Positions 1-9,760 of a stretch of DNA of 64,000 nucleotides are shown piece by piece (position 1 is the first letter of the stretch; each line of letters begins with the position of its first letter). A program made the position numbers and the translations under genes. The notes beneath the pieces are model-generated. The model was not told where the DNA came from and made no database searches. It worked only from the letters and a program-made list of their open reading frames with translations. The DNA lies in the sequence record NC_042100.1, one strand, 5' to 3'.

Positions 1-2
1 CG

Positions 3-3000
3 GATGAATTCGGTTTCTTTGACGTAAGCTACGACCGTATCGGAGAAGAGTCACATATGTTCGTTCGAGCTAGATGTGGACAAAGCTCTAACTATGACAC
101 CGCTCCTTGGACTGACACTAGCGCACCTCGTTGGGTGGACTTGCAGCTCACGAACCCACCAACTAGCGTGGATAACGATGGAAGTGTCTTCATGAACGGC
201 ATGATGCGAGATCAGGATGGTAATCCTGCTGATCGTGTTGCTTACAGCGTTTATGATGTTCGTAACCGTAGTACCATCGGTGGTCGTAGTAAATCAGACG
301 GTCGCATCGAACCTTTCTTGGACAACATTGCATTGGGTAAAAACCCTGTCGTTGTTACCAGTGCCAACGGGATGGTTAGACATGTAGTCACTTACAAAAA
401 GATGCCAGCTTCCGCTGATATCGTAAGTGGACACAGTGAAGCCTTGGCCTTTGATGGTAATCCTGAAATCACTTATCAGCTGAAGGATAGTGAAGGGAAC
501 AACTACGTTCCTAACGAAGGCGAAGTGGTTAACTTACTTACTCAAAGCGGGCGTTACCAGAAGCACGGTAATCCGGTAGGTCCTACAGGACTAGTCACCA
601 TACCTTGGTTCAACAAAGGTGTAGGACATGAGACTTATATCCTTGCTAACGAAGACATGTCTAAGGCTCTCAACACCACGCCTACTGAACACATCGCGAT
701 TAAGGAAGTTAGGGTGTTCCACGCCAGTGACTACCCTCAGTCCGGTGACCCGGGTATCATGTTGGTAAACGTTCAAGACTTTAACGATAACCCTATCCCT
801 AATATCGAGTTCCGTGTGAAAAGCACTACCGATGGCTTCGAGTTAGATGCGGTTTACAAAACTGATCCCAACGGTGTTGGTAAGGTGCTGTTAGCCGGTC
901 AGTCTGACGGAACAAACATCTCGGTCGAATTGACCTGTGGTAATGCAGTTACAAGTTACTCCATTGGTTGGGAGGATGGAGGTGAGTCTAGTCCCGGAAC
1001 GGTAATTTTAGATGCGTTACCTTCAGAAGCTTCTGAAGACGACGATCTTCCAATCACAGGTAAAGTTGTTGATAGTGAAGGGAATGGGATTAGTGGCGCG
1101 TTCGTTTACTTGTACATAGGGACACCGAATAGTACCTATTACCAAGAGGACTCTGTTAACGCGGATGCCGATGGACGTTTCTCTATCTCTCCTTGGTTGG
1201 AATCAGGAAACAACAGGTTCCTTGTGGTTAACGGGGAAGACTTTGATAGTACCGAAGTGTTGTGTTACTCAACACCAATGGTTACTATGACTAACCTCAC
1301 CATTCGTGATATTCACGAAAATCAGCGTGGTCGTATCTCAGCTCTTTATAAAGACAAGTACGGTAATCCGGTTCAAGGTGAAACCGTTGAGTTCCGATTT
1401 GACAGTGCAAGTGGTGAGTTAATAGATACCAAAACCACTAACGAGAAGGGTCATGCGTGGACTGAAGTTACTTGGGCGCAAGCACAAGGACACAGTGAGA
1501 TTTACGCTGTTTGTAATGGGGCGTCGGACTCTAGCTACATTAACGTTGCAGAAGCGGGTGATGTCACTCCAGTGGTTTCTACTATCGCTTGGCACAACAA
1601 TGTTGGGTTCATCCACCCAGAAATGCCAGCATTGATAATGGGTAAAGTGCTAGACCAACACGGTAACCCGTACTCTAAAGCGGAGGTGAACTATTATCGT
1701 CCTGACATCGGATCAAGGAATATGACTTATACTGACTCAGATGGTAACTTTACCTTAGAGGTCAGTCCGGGTCGTTTCGATCCTACCCGTAAGGATTTGT
1801 TTGGTGTACGTGGTAAGTTTACTGAGATCACCCCTAAGTGGAACATGGGAACCAAGTTCAAGTCTGGAACTATTAAATTTAACAAACCTGATTTTCCTGA
1901 AGGTATTCCATACGACTCAACCATCACCTTATCCGGTGCCGTGAAAGATACTGATGGAAGCATGGCTGAAGTGGGTGACTCTGTAATTAAACTGAAGGCG
2001 CGCGTTCGATCTGAAGGTTCGGAGCTAGGGTTGAAAGAGTTCACGGTTTCACCTGACGGCACTTGGTCCGTTGACATCCCAACACCGGATAAAGAAATTA
2101 AGTTCGATGTCTGGTTGGAAGATGAATACGGGAATGGTTGTGATCGTGTCGCACTTTGGGCAGGTCCGCCTAAGACCAAGACACTAGCGTTTGCTCCACC
2201 TACGCACGACTACATCCCTGAAGGGCAGAATCATACACGAGTGGTTTACTACTTGCTGGATGAGGAAGGAAAACCAATGCCTAACGTATCCATCGACTTT
2301 AAATATAAAGGGGATGCTGATTCTCGTTGGAATTATGGTTCAATGGATCGTACGGATGAAGATGGTCACGTTAACACTCGTATTCAGTTACGCAACAGCA
2401 CGACTATTGAGTTGCGTATTAAAGCTGAAGGGTTAACAACCAAACACACTATCGTCAGAACTAGCGACCCAGTAGGTACGAACTTAGTTGGTGTTTATTA
2501 CCCAGATTCAACCACCGTCTCTCGTGGATTGACTGGCTGGGCTAAGTTAACTGACATTGACGGTAAAGCACTCCCTGACGTTAGTGATGCGAAGATTGGC
2601 ATCTACGACTTGGTAACTAGGGAGACGTATGACTTGAAACCTTGGAAATTGGATAATATCAACTTTGTCTATAACTTTAACCCGCCAGCTGGCAGACACC
2701 GTTTCATGCAGTACTCTGACGCTTACATGGACTACTACCAAGTTCCTAAGGTGGTAGAGGTGACCGAAAGTGATCCTTCTGAGGTGGTAATACCTACACA
2801 AGCAGTATTATCTCCGACCATGAGCAACGGCGGCCTTGTGACACGGTCGAACATGAACGTTAAAACTGGATTCCGTTTAGTAGACGACCAATACCGTGAT
2901 TGGGACGCGACTGGTGAAGTGAATGTTTACGATGATTATGTTGGACTTCTGCGTGAGACCAGATCAGAGGGTGAAGTTCATCAGGTCCGAATATATGACC

Positions 3001-4220
3001 CACTCGATCCGGGTTTACGTACTTGGCGGGTATTTGCTGACTACAAAGAAGTTGGTACAGTCCCAATCTTCATTGTAGAAGGTGACGATGTCATGAACTT
3101 GGTACCGGGTTCTACGGTAATCAACCGGGTGAACAAACCAGCAATAGCGGTGTTTGGTTGTTATTCAGCTAATGACAATACACCTTCAGTTGGTAAGGTC
3201 ATGAGTGTTTGGGAAGTTGGTAAAGAGGGAGCTAAACAAACTCTAACTACTGATGATAGAGGTTTGACATCCTTCAGTCTTCCTGCACAAACTTCACCGG
3301 GTGTTTACAACTACATGGTGGAGTACGACGGTAATCAAGTACCATTCAGTTTCCATTGGGTTCCGGGTGATATGGTATTGGGTGAAAGCTTTGGTGAGAC
3401 ATTCTTCCCGACTGTATGGTCTATGGAAGAGTACCAATCGTTCAAAGCGGAAGTGATTGATCAGAACGGTGATGTGGTGTCAAACGGCGTAGAAGGTATT
3501 TCAATTAAGGACCTTGATGATCCTCAAATGAACTACTGGTACAACATCGACGGTGAATATGTGAGACCGGCTTACTTCACAGAAGGCAAACACCTAATCG
3601 GTATGTCTGCTGGTGCGGCAAGTGAAATGTTTAATATCTTCAGCGGTAATGCTACCGGACTCCGCACTCTGGCTTACGCTCAAGGTAAGGGTCTGGATGG
3701 ACAGAACCTCAAAGTAGCGTTTGGTCTAACTAACGAATCATTCGCACCGATTAATGGTGCGGTGGTTAAAGTGTGGTTAGGAGAAGCCGCTTCTTATTAC
3801 GAGGTAACTACCGACGCTTACGGTATCGCTGAGTTTGACATCCCTCAACCTGAGGGTGTAACCCGTACTTGGTTGATCGCGGAATCAAATGGTCATGAGT
3901 TGAAGATACCGGTTGTTTGGGCTAAGAAACCAACACCAAGTAAATTCAGCGCATTGACAGTTCCGACATCAATCCCGGCGGGATCTAAGTTGGACTTCTC
4001 TGCAACGATCGTTAACCAAGATGACACACCGGACACCATCGATAACTGGAAAGCTATTCATGGTGGTGTGTACGTTAAGGTTAACCAGAAGTTTGAGTAC
4101 TTGTTCTCAGCGTCTGGAGATCATTCGTTGAACATCATTGGTGATCTATCACCGGGTACTCACGAAATTGTGTTCTTCACATTAGCTGGGTACGAGGTGA
4201 AACAAATCACTATCACTTAA
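3..4220 (+). CDS. Large Ig-like/Big-domain repeat structural protein (tail or fibre-associated), 5'-truncated by the window
   Basis: The frame is open from position 3 (DEFGFFDVSYDRIGEESHM), upstream of the track's Met at 57. Many beta-rich repeats of the type G-x-V-x-D-x-x-G-x-P-(I/V)-x-G/N-x-x-V. Followed by a hairpin. Confidence 0.6.
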   Translation, partial: DEFGFFDVSYDRIGEESHMFVRARCGQSSNYDTAPWTDTSAPRWVDLQLTNPPTSVDNDGSVFMNGMMRDQDGNPADRVAYSVYDVRNRSTIGGRSKSDGRIEPFLDNIALGKNPVVVTSANGMVRHVVTYKKMPASADIVSGHSEALAFDGNPEITYQLKDSEGNNYVPNEGEVVNLLTQSGRYQKHGNPVGPTGLVTIPWFNKGVGHETYILANEDMSKALNTTPTEHIAIKEVRVFHASDYPQSGDPGIMLVNVQDFNDNPIPNIEFRVKSTTDGFELDAVYKTDPNGVGKVLLAGQSDGTNISVELTCGNAVTSYSIGWEDGGESSPGTVILDALPSEASEDDDLPITGKVVDSEGNGISGAFVYLYIGTPNSTYYQEDSVNADADGRFSISPWLESGNNRFLVVNGEDFDSTEVLCYSTPMVTMTNLTIRDIHENQRGRISALYKDKYGNPVQGETVEFRFDSASGELIDTKTTNEKGHAWTEVTWAQAQGHSEIYAVCNGASDSSYINVAEAGDVTPVVSTIAWHNNVGFIHPEMPALIMGKVLDQHGNPYSKAEVNYYRPDIGSRNMTYTDSDGNFTLEVSPGRFDPTRKDLFGVRGKFTEITPKWNMGTKFKSGTIKFNKPDFPEGIPYDSTITLSGAVKDTDGSMAEVGDSVIKLKARVRSEGSELGLKEFTVSPDGTWSVDIPTPDKEIKFDVWLEDEYGNGCDRVALWAGPPKTKTLAFAPPTHDYIPEGQNHTRVVYYLLDEEGKPMPNVSIDFKYKGDADSRWNYGSMDRTDEDGHVNTRIQLRNSTTIELRIKAEGLTTKHTIVRTSDPVGTNLVGVYYPDSTTVSRGLTGWAKLTDIDGKALPDVSDAKIGIYDLVTRETYDLKPWKLDNINFVYNFNPPAGRHRFMQYSDAYMDYYQVPKVVEVTESDPSEVVIPTQAVLSPTMSNGGLVTRSNMNVKTGFRLVDDQYRDWDATGEVNVYDDYVGLLRETRSEGEVHQVRIYDPLDPGLRTWRVFADYKEVGTVPIFIVEGDDVMNLVPGSTVINRVNKPAIAVFGCYSANDNTPSVGKVMSVWEVGKEGAKQTLTTDDRGLTSFSLPAQTSPGVYNYMVEYDGNQVPFSFHWVPGDMVLGESFGETFFPTVWSMEEYQSFKAEVIDQNGDVVSNGVEGISIKDLDDPQMNYWYNIDGEYVRPAYFTEGKHLIGMSAGAASEMFNIFSGNATGLRTLAYAQGKGLDGQNLKVAFGLTNESFAPINGAVVKVWLGEAASYYEVTTDAYGIAEFDIPQPEGVTRTWLIAESNGHELKIPVVWAKKPTPSKFSALTVPTSIPAGSKLDFSATIVNQDDTPDTIDNWKAIHGGVYVKVNQKFEYLFSASGDHSLNIIGDLSPGTHEIVFFTLAGYEVKQITIT

Positions 4221-4232
4221 ACATAACTAACT

Positions 4233-4266
4233 ATAACCGAGTAGGACGAAAGTCCTACTCGGTTAT
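4233..4266 (+). terminator. Intrinsic terminator hairpin
   Basis: 15-bp perfect stem ATAACCGAGTAGGAC / GTCCTACTCGGTTAT with a GAAA loop, right after the stop at 4220. Confidence 0.75.
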
Positions 4267-4308
4267 TTATGCATCGTATAGACCCTAGCCATTAAGCAAG
4301 GAGTTATC

Positions 4309-7300
4309 ATGGGTGCCAAATTAGAATTTAATTTCAATGAACAAGAACAAGTTTTAAAGTATTTAAATATCCAAAAAGAAACGATCCCAGAGCAATTAGT
4401 GGATGAACCTTCGGACGACGTACCGGAGCGCAACTGGGAAGAGTTATTAAGAGCACACTGGGAGGAAGACTCTTTACGTTCGATTAAGACTGTGCGCTTC
4501 ATGAAAGACTTTGAACGCTACCGTGCAAGACCGGACATGAAGACAACCAACAAGTCCTTTATTCGTACTATGGATGTATTCCGTCGTATGGGTGTCAAGA
4601 ACTGTGCATTCCATTTACAACTCAATAACCCGATGTTGGTTGGAGTGGATCCTCGTTCCCCGGACCTAACCGATGATCAACGCCTGATGATCATGAAAGA
4701 GATGCAAGAGAACTTCTGGTATTTCTTACGAGAAGTGTGTCACTTGAACGGAGGTATTCGCTTCCGTGCTAACCGTGCTAACATTTCCTTTGCGTGGTGT
4801 TGGTTGAATCACTTGACCACCATGCTGATACTTCCACGTCAGCAAGGGAAAGAATTGTCCGTTGATGCTAAAATCAAAACTATGAACGGATGGGTTCGAA
4901 ACGGGGATCTTAAACCCGGTGACATAGTTTTAGCTTCAGACGGTTCTCCGGTCAAGGTTAAACAAGTTTACCCTCAAGGAGTGAAACCTCTATATTGGGT
5001 GACCATGGAAGATGGACGAAAAGTTAAAGCAGGACTTGATCACTTATGGAAAGTGTTTGATTGCGGACAGGATACTTGGAAGGTTTCCAGTACAAAGGAA
5101 TTAATGACCGAGTTATGTAAAGGTCGGAAATACACTATTCCAATTGCTTACCCGGAACACAAATCCGACGTTAAGTTACCTGTACATCCTTGGTTGCTAG
5201 GTATGATCTTGGGTGGCAATGGTATCACTGGTGCGTTGTCCCATATAGGGAATCAAGACGTTAACGTTCGTCGTAAACTAGACCATATCCTAAACCTCCA
5301 TGACAAACCCATTGTGACGGGGAAGGAAATTCCGGATGAATACTTCAATGCTTCTTACGTCCAGCGTGTGGAGCTCATACAAGGTCTGATGGATAGTCAT
5401 GGGGAAGTTACACCTACGGGCAACTTACTGTGGGTGAATGACGACGTGGCGTTTAACGTTCGTTTGACGGAACTCATCCGTTCGGTGGGCGGTGTGGTTT
5501 ATTCAAGTGAAGACGGAACGTGTTTAGAAATCAATGACCCTGCGTTGGACTTGTTAGTTTCCGTACAACATAAGAAAACCATGTTGAAACGTAACTCTAA
5601 AGGAGTACCAAGGCCCACTCAAATAGAGATCACTTCCATCGAGTACGCGGGCGATGAAGAAGCGCTTTGTATCGAGATTGATCACCCGAGTCATTTGTAT
5701 GTTACCGACGATTACATTGTAACACATAATACCGTTACAGCACAGTGTATCTTTTTCTGGTTAACTTACATCTCTGGTCGTGCTTATGAATCTCACCTTA
5801 TTACGCTAAAAGACGATAACCGCCAACAATTCGTTGACGCAATCAAAGGGATACGTAACAACATCCCAGCTTGGATGACAAACGTCACTTACCGAGATAA
5901 AGACGCGGGTAACTCGTTAACGTATTCAGCGTTTGGTGATGAAGTTAAGAACAAACTCACTATCTCAGTTCCTCAGATTGGGCAAGAAGCAGCACGAAAC
6001 GTTGGTCGTGGTTTAACCATCAAATCTCGTTTCATAGATGAACCTGCGTACATTAAGTGGATGGAAGAAATTCTCAACGGTGCCGGTCCTTCTACGTTGA
6101 CCGCTCGTGAGAACGCTCGTCGATTAAACGAGCCTTACGCCACCGGGTTCATTACAACACCTGCTAGTATCTTAACGGAATCCGGGCAGTACATGTACAA
6201 CATCCTCATGGAGTCTACGGAGTGGCGTGAAAACTATTTCGATACTTACGGGGAATCTCATCTTTACGATGTATTGTTGAAGAATGCTCCTAAGGCTACC
6301 ACCAGTCCTTCAGTAGGTATGGTGTTCAACTACTTACAACTTGGTAAAAATCGAGATTGGGTTAAGAAGACCATTGATGAACTTAAGCTTTCACTTAGTG
6401 AGGCTAAGATCGACTTGCTGTTGATGTGGGATGACAACGGTAAAGGTAAGTTATTCGATGATGAAACTCGTGACGCTTTGAATGAAGCCAAACGAGGTCG
6501 TAGTTGGAGTCAACAAATCTCCGGGACGTCGTTGTTCTTTGACTGGTTCATCTCCCAAGAAGAACACGCAGAGATCATGAGTGGTGGTAAAAACTCTACG
6601 TTCTACTTGATTGGACTGGATACATCTGGAGCGGTAGGTCGAGATGCTTGTACTATTGTAGTACGAGATATCCGAGATGGTTCTGTAGCGGGCGTAGGGC
6701 GCTATCAGCGTGCTTTCTTAACCGAGGTAGGGATGGTAGTCCAAACGTTGCTCATGGAGCTTCCTAATTCGTTATTGATACCAGAACGTAACTACGCTCA
6801 CCACATGATCGATCAGTTACTACAATCTCTCCCTGCGATGGGACTCGATCCTTTTAAGAAAATCTACAACCGCATCTTCCAAGACCCAATGCGTTACCAA
6901 AACCATTACCGCGATATCAAAGCTCGCACCTTTGGTAACCGAAATGATGTGTTCTATCTCAAGTACAAAGAGTTCTTTGGATTTAACACTGGAGCGAAGT
7001 CTCGTGAAGTAATGTATGGTTTCTTAGAGGAAGCTGTGAGCTTAACCGGAACGGGAACCCGATACACCAAACTTATCGACGAGTTAACCAACTTGAAGAT
7101 TAAGAATGGACGTATAGACCACGACACCGGTAATCACGATGATATCGTAATCAGCTGGTTGTTGACGTACTGGTTTATTAAGTTGGGTGAAAACAAAAAC
7201 GAGTACGGTATCCCTGCGGGTATAGCGTTGAGTAACGTTGATATGTTGAAGCTCGGTGAGACTAAGAAAGAGTTGTCGGATCCTGTTAAACAAAAACGCA

Positions 7301-7524
7301 TTGCTTTCTATCGACAAAAAATCGAAGAGGTCAGTGCGAAATTAATGGAAACCGATGAACCTGTTATCGTAGCACGTTTAGAGGTGGCTCTGGATCGTTT
7401 ACGTGAAATGGTTCCAGCGGATGTGCGTAAATCTATCACTATTGACGATATTAAACGTCAAGCTGAAGCTGAACGCAACCGTAGAGCTCTGGAAAGTAAA
7501 CGTTCGAAATTCCGTAACCGATAA
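4309..7524 (+). CDS. terL: Terminase large subunit (phiKZ gp25-like), intein-containing
   Basis: Walker A LPRQQGK/T is interrupted by an intein. Walker B RFIDEP. RNase H-like nuclease motifs LIGLDTSG and HDDIVIS. Confidence 0.92.
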   Translation: MGAKLEFNFNEQEQVLKYLNIQKETIPEQLVDEPSDDVPERNWEELLRAHWEEDSLRSIKTVRFMKDFERYRARPDMKTTNKSFIRTMDVFRRMGVKNCAFHLQLNNPMLVGVDPRSPDLTDDQRLMIMKEMQENFWYFLREVCHLNGGIRFRANRANISFAWCWLNHLTTMLILPRQQGKELSVDAKIKTMNGWVRNGDLKPGDIVLASDGSPVKVKQVYPQGVKPLYWVTMEDGRKVKAGLDHLWKVFDCGQDTWKVSSTKELMTELCKGRKYTIPIAYPEHKSDVKLPVHPWLLGMILGGNGITGALSHIGNQDVNVRRKLDHILNLHDKPIVTGKEIPDEYFNASYVQRVELIQGLMDSHGEVTPTGNLLWVNDDVAFNVRLTELIRSVGGVVYSSEDGTCLEINDPALDLLVSVQHKKTMLKRNSKGVPRPTQIEITSIEYAGDEEALCIEIDHPSHLYVTDDYIVTHNTVTAQCIFFWLTYISGRAYESHLITLKDDNRQQFVDAIKGIRNNIPAWMTNVTYRDKDAGNSLTYSAFGDEVKNKLTISVPQIGQEAARNVGRGLTIKSRFIDEPAYIKWMEEILNGAGPSTLTARENARRLNEPYATGFITTPASILTESGQYMYNILMESTEWRENYFDTYGESHLYDVLLKNAPKATTSPSVGMVFNYLQLGKNRDWVKKTIDELKLSLSEAKIDLLLMWDDNGKGKLFDDETRDALNEAKRGRSWSQQISGTSLFFDWFISQEEHAEIMSGGKNSTFYLIGLDTSGAVGRDACTIVVRDIRDGSVAGVGRYQRAFLTEVGMVVQTLLMELPNSLLIPERNYAHHMIDQLLQSLPAMGLDPFKKIYNRIFQDPMRYQNHYRDIKARTFGNRNDVFYLKYKEFFGFNTGAKSREVMYGFLEEAVSLTGTGTRYTKLIDELTNLKIKNGRIDHDTGNHDDIVISWLLTYWFIKLGENKNEYGIPAGIALSNVDMLKLGETKKELSDPVKQKRIAFYRQKIEEVSAKLMETDEPVIVARLEVALDRLREMVPADVRKSITIDDIKRQAEAERNRRALESKRSKFRNR
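4852..5730 (+). mobile_element. Class 3 intein (293 aa) with a degenerate LAGLIDADG domain, inside TerL Walker A
   Basis: Starts ELSVDAKIKT after RQQGK and ends YIVTHN before Thr+1. Block B GLDHLWKV, block F ALCIEID, block G VTHN (W-C-T triad). Removal restores RQQGKTVTAQ. Confidence 0.9.
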
Positions 7525-7536
7525 ATAAAAAGCAAA

Positions 7537-7572
7537 AATAACTCCTACCTCCTTAGGGAGGTAGGAGTTATT
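7537..7572. terminator. Bidirectional terminator between terL and tmk
   Basis: 16-bp perfect stem AATAACTCCTACCTCC / GGAGGTAGGAGTTATT with a TTAG loop, between convergent genes. Confidence 0.75.
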
Positions 7573-7707
7573 AACTTTGGACGCGTAAGATCCGTCATCG
7601 CCAAATGACTTCACTCTGTTCCACACTTTAACCAAAAGGAGTAGGAGTTATCATGTACGCCGCTTCCCAAACAAAGTTCGTACATAAAATGCGCATACGG
7701 TAAAACT

Positions 7708-8331
7708 TTACAATGCTAATCGTTTTAACTCTTCGTAGACGAAATCCGGATCGTTAGAAGTGATCACTTTAACTCCAGATGATAAAGATAATGTTTTTAT
7801 TGCTTTCTTGTATTCTTTTTGGAAACGTTCGAAGTTTTCCGGTTTACTAATGTAACTTTCTACGTACTCAGTTTCTGGACGATCTTTACCTAGACGTTCT
7901 AAGTAAGTGGCGTGATCAGTTTGCAAGTAAACAATGACATCCGGGACCACGTTTCTCTCTAGGAAACGACCACCTTGTAAGTTACTCAACAAAATAGCGC
8001 AAGCATCATGATCTGCGTCTTGTTGGTAAACCATCGACGTTAATAGACAACGATCGGTGATTACTTGTTCTCCGGCTTTAAGCGCCGGGATAACACACTC
8101 TTGATAAAGGGCAACACGTTGACCGACACTGCAATGGATTTGAGCCACCTTAGGGATGTTGGGTGAGATAATCATTTTACGTAAGGCTCGCCATTCCTCA
8201 GAATCTTTACGAGGTTCTGCAAACACGACAGGGGCTTTCAGACCATCCTTCAACATCTTGTTTGTGATTTCTTGAATAAGGGTGGACTTGCCAGAATAAT
8301 CCAAGCCTTCGAACGCAATTACTTTTTTCAA
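7708..8331 (-). CDS. tmk: Thymidylate (dTMP) kinase
   Basis: P-loop AFEGLDYSGKST, FAEP, DRCLLTSMVYQ, PDVIVYL. TTG start with an upstream AAAGGA. Confidence 0.9.
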   Translation of the reverse strand: MKKVIAFEGLDYSGKSTLIQEITNKMLKDGLKAPVVFAEPRKDSEEWRALRKMIISPNIPKVAQIHCSVGQRVALYQECVIPALKAGEQVITDRCLLTSMVYQQDADHDACAILLSNLQGGRFLERNVVPDVIVYLQTDHATYLERLGKDRPETEYVESYISKPENFERFQKEYKKAIKTLSLSSGVKVITSNDPDFVYEELKRLAL

Positions 8332-8352
8332 AACTTCTTTCCTTTATATAAA

Positions 8353-8382
8353 ACTATGGTGAACCTATAGGTTCACCATAGT
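8353..8382 (-). terminator. Terminator-like hairpin
   Basis: Perfect palindrome ACTATGGTGAACC-TATA-GGTTCACCATAGT just downstream of the 8390-9760 gene. Confidence 0.6.
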
Positions 8383-8389
8383 AGTTTGA

Positions 8390-9760
8390 TTATACGTTAT
8401 CTTTTGCCAGCACGCGCAACACAATATACAACATTAAGGCGGTGCGTAACGCCGAGTAAGTTGAACGGGTACGAATACCGGTCAAGTCCTGAACGATGTC
8501 ATCCCCCATAGAACGGATTTTGAGCACACTCACATTTTGGTTACGAGGTGACGCATAAGTTCCCGCCATACGAGAAATCACTTCACGTAAGTTTGTTTGT
8601 CGGATTCGGTTAGAGTTTAAGTACTCAAACAGATGGGTTAACACCTCATCCACGAATTCTCGATAGAACTCACCACGTTTAGACTTCGACTGGTAGTTGC
8701 CCGGAAACTCTTTCAAGATACGTTCGAGTTTATCTTTTGGCGCACTGTCTATTTTCTTCGTGATGATGTCAGCGAAGCTCTCGCGATAGAAACCAGTCGG
8801 AGCCGTTAAGATCGTCTTGGCGTAGTTTTTGTAAACGTTAACTTGTTTAGTGATCTCTTTGACGGTCATCCCCTCTTCCATGTTAACTTGAGCTTTGTCA
8901 AGTTGCATGATGTTGGTACGGTTCTTTACATCGTGGAACACTTTGTTAATGTCGTTTACTAGACCACGCAGACGGTCTTGGATATCCCCCACCATGTAGA
9001 TGATTTTCTTATCGTCATTCATGTTCATGAAGGTACGGTAGTGGATACCAGTGGTCGGACTCAAAATGAATTCTGCACGAGCGATGAATAGCGCACGCCA
9101 GCTTTCGTATTTCTTGATGTCGTATTTAAGACTCAGACGGTTGTAAGTCTCGTAAACGATTTCGGGTTTCGCTAAGTAGGGGTAGTCATTGTGGATCATC
9201 GAAGTAATACACTTACAATGATACATGAATAACACCATGATTTGGGCTTCACGCTTTAATCCACTTGGGAGTTGTTTGGAGAACTGAATCTTCCATAACA
9301 AATAAGGTATCGTGAGGTTAAATACGTCACCGGTTACTGCCCAATCTTTGTTTACCCACTTACACTCATGAAGGTTTTCTTTAAGCTCTTCTTCATCCAC
9401 GTCCCAAATATCGGTAAACCATTCGTTACGATCTGCGGTAGTGAACGTAATCTTCTGCAAACCCAAGTAAGGAGATCCAAAGAAATCACCGTAGTCCGTC
9501 ACTCCTACTTTACGAGTAGTAAAACTAAACATGTAACGCTTTAAGCGTTGGAACCATTTGGTGTCGATGATTAGATCTCGACCAAAGTTTTCACAAACTT
9601 CTAAAATAGCGTTGTCACGTTTGTAGTTAAAGTTGGGGATGAGAGATTCCATCCCGTCAACTAAATACTCGTCTTGACTTACATACGAGTCGTTATTGAA
9701 AAATGAAACGGTGGGTTCGTAGAAACCTTCCCCACCAAACACATCGTGTTCCATCAACAT
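8390..9760 (-). CDS. Conserved phiKZ-like virion protein (probable)
   Basis: 456-aa ORF coupled to the upstream gene. Acidic N-terminus ending DGME/SL resembles an S/A/G-x-E head-protease site. Confidence 0.5.
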   Translation of the reverse strand: MLMEHDVFGGEGFYEPTVSFFNNDSYVSQDEYLVDGMESLIPNFNYKRDNAILEVCENFGRDLIIDTKWFQRLKRYMFSFTTRKVGVTDYGDFFGSPYLGLQKITFTTADRNEWFTDIWDVDEEELKENLHECKWVNKDWAVTGDVFNLTIPYLLWKIQFSKQLPSGLKREAQIMVLFMYHCKCITSMIHNDYPYLAKPEIVYETYNRLSLKYDIKKYESWRALFIARAEFILSPTTGIHYRTFMNMNDDKKIIYMVGDIQDRLRGLVNDINKVFHDVKNRTNIMQLDKAQVNMEEGMTVKEITKQVNVYKNYAKTILTAPTGFYRESFADIITKKIDSAPKDKLERILKEFPGNYQSKSKRGEFYREFVDEVLTHLFEYLNSNRIRQTNLREVISRMAGTYASPRNQNVSVLKIRSMGDDIVQDLTGIRTRSTYSALRTALMLYIVLRVLAKDNV

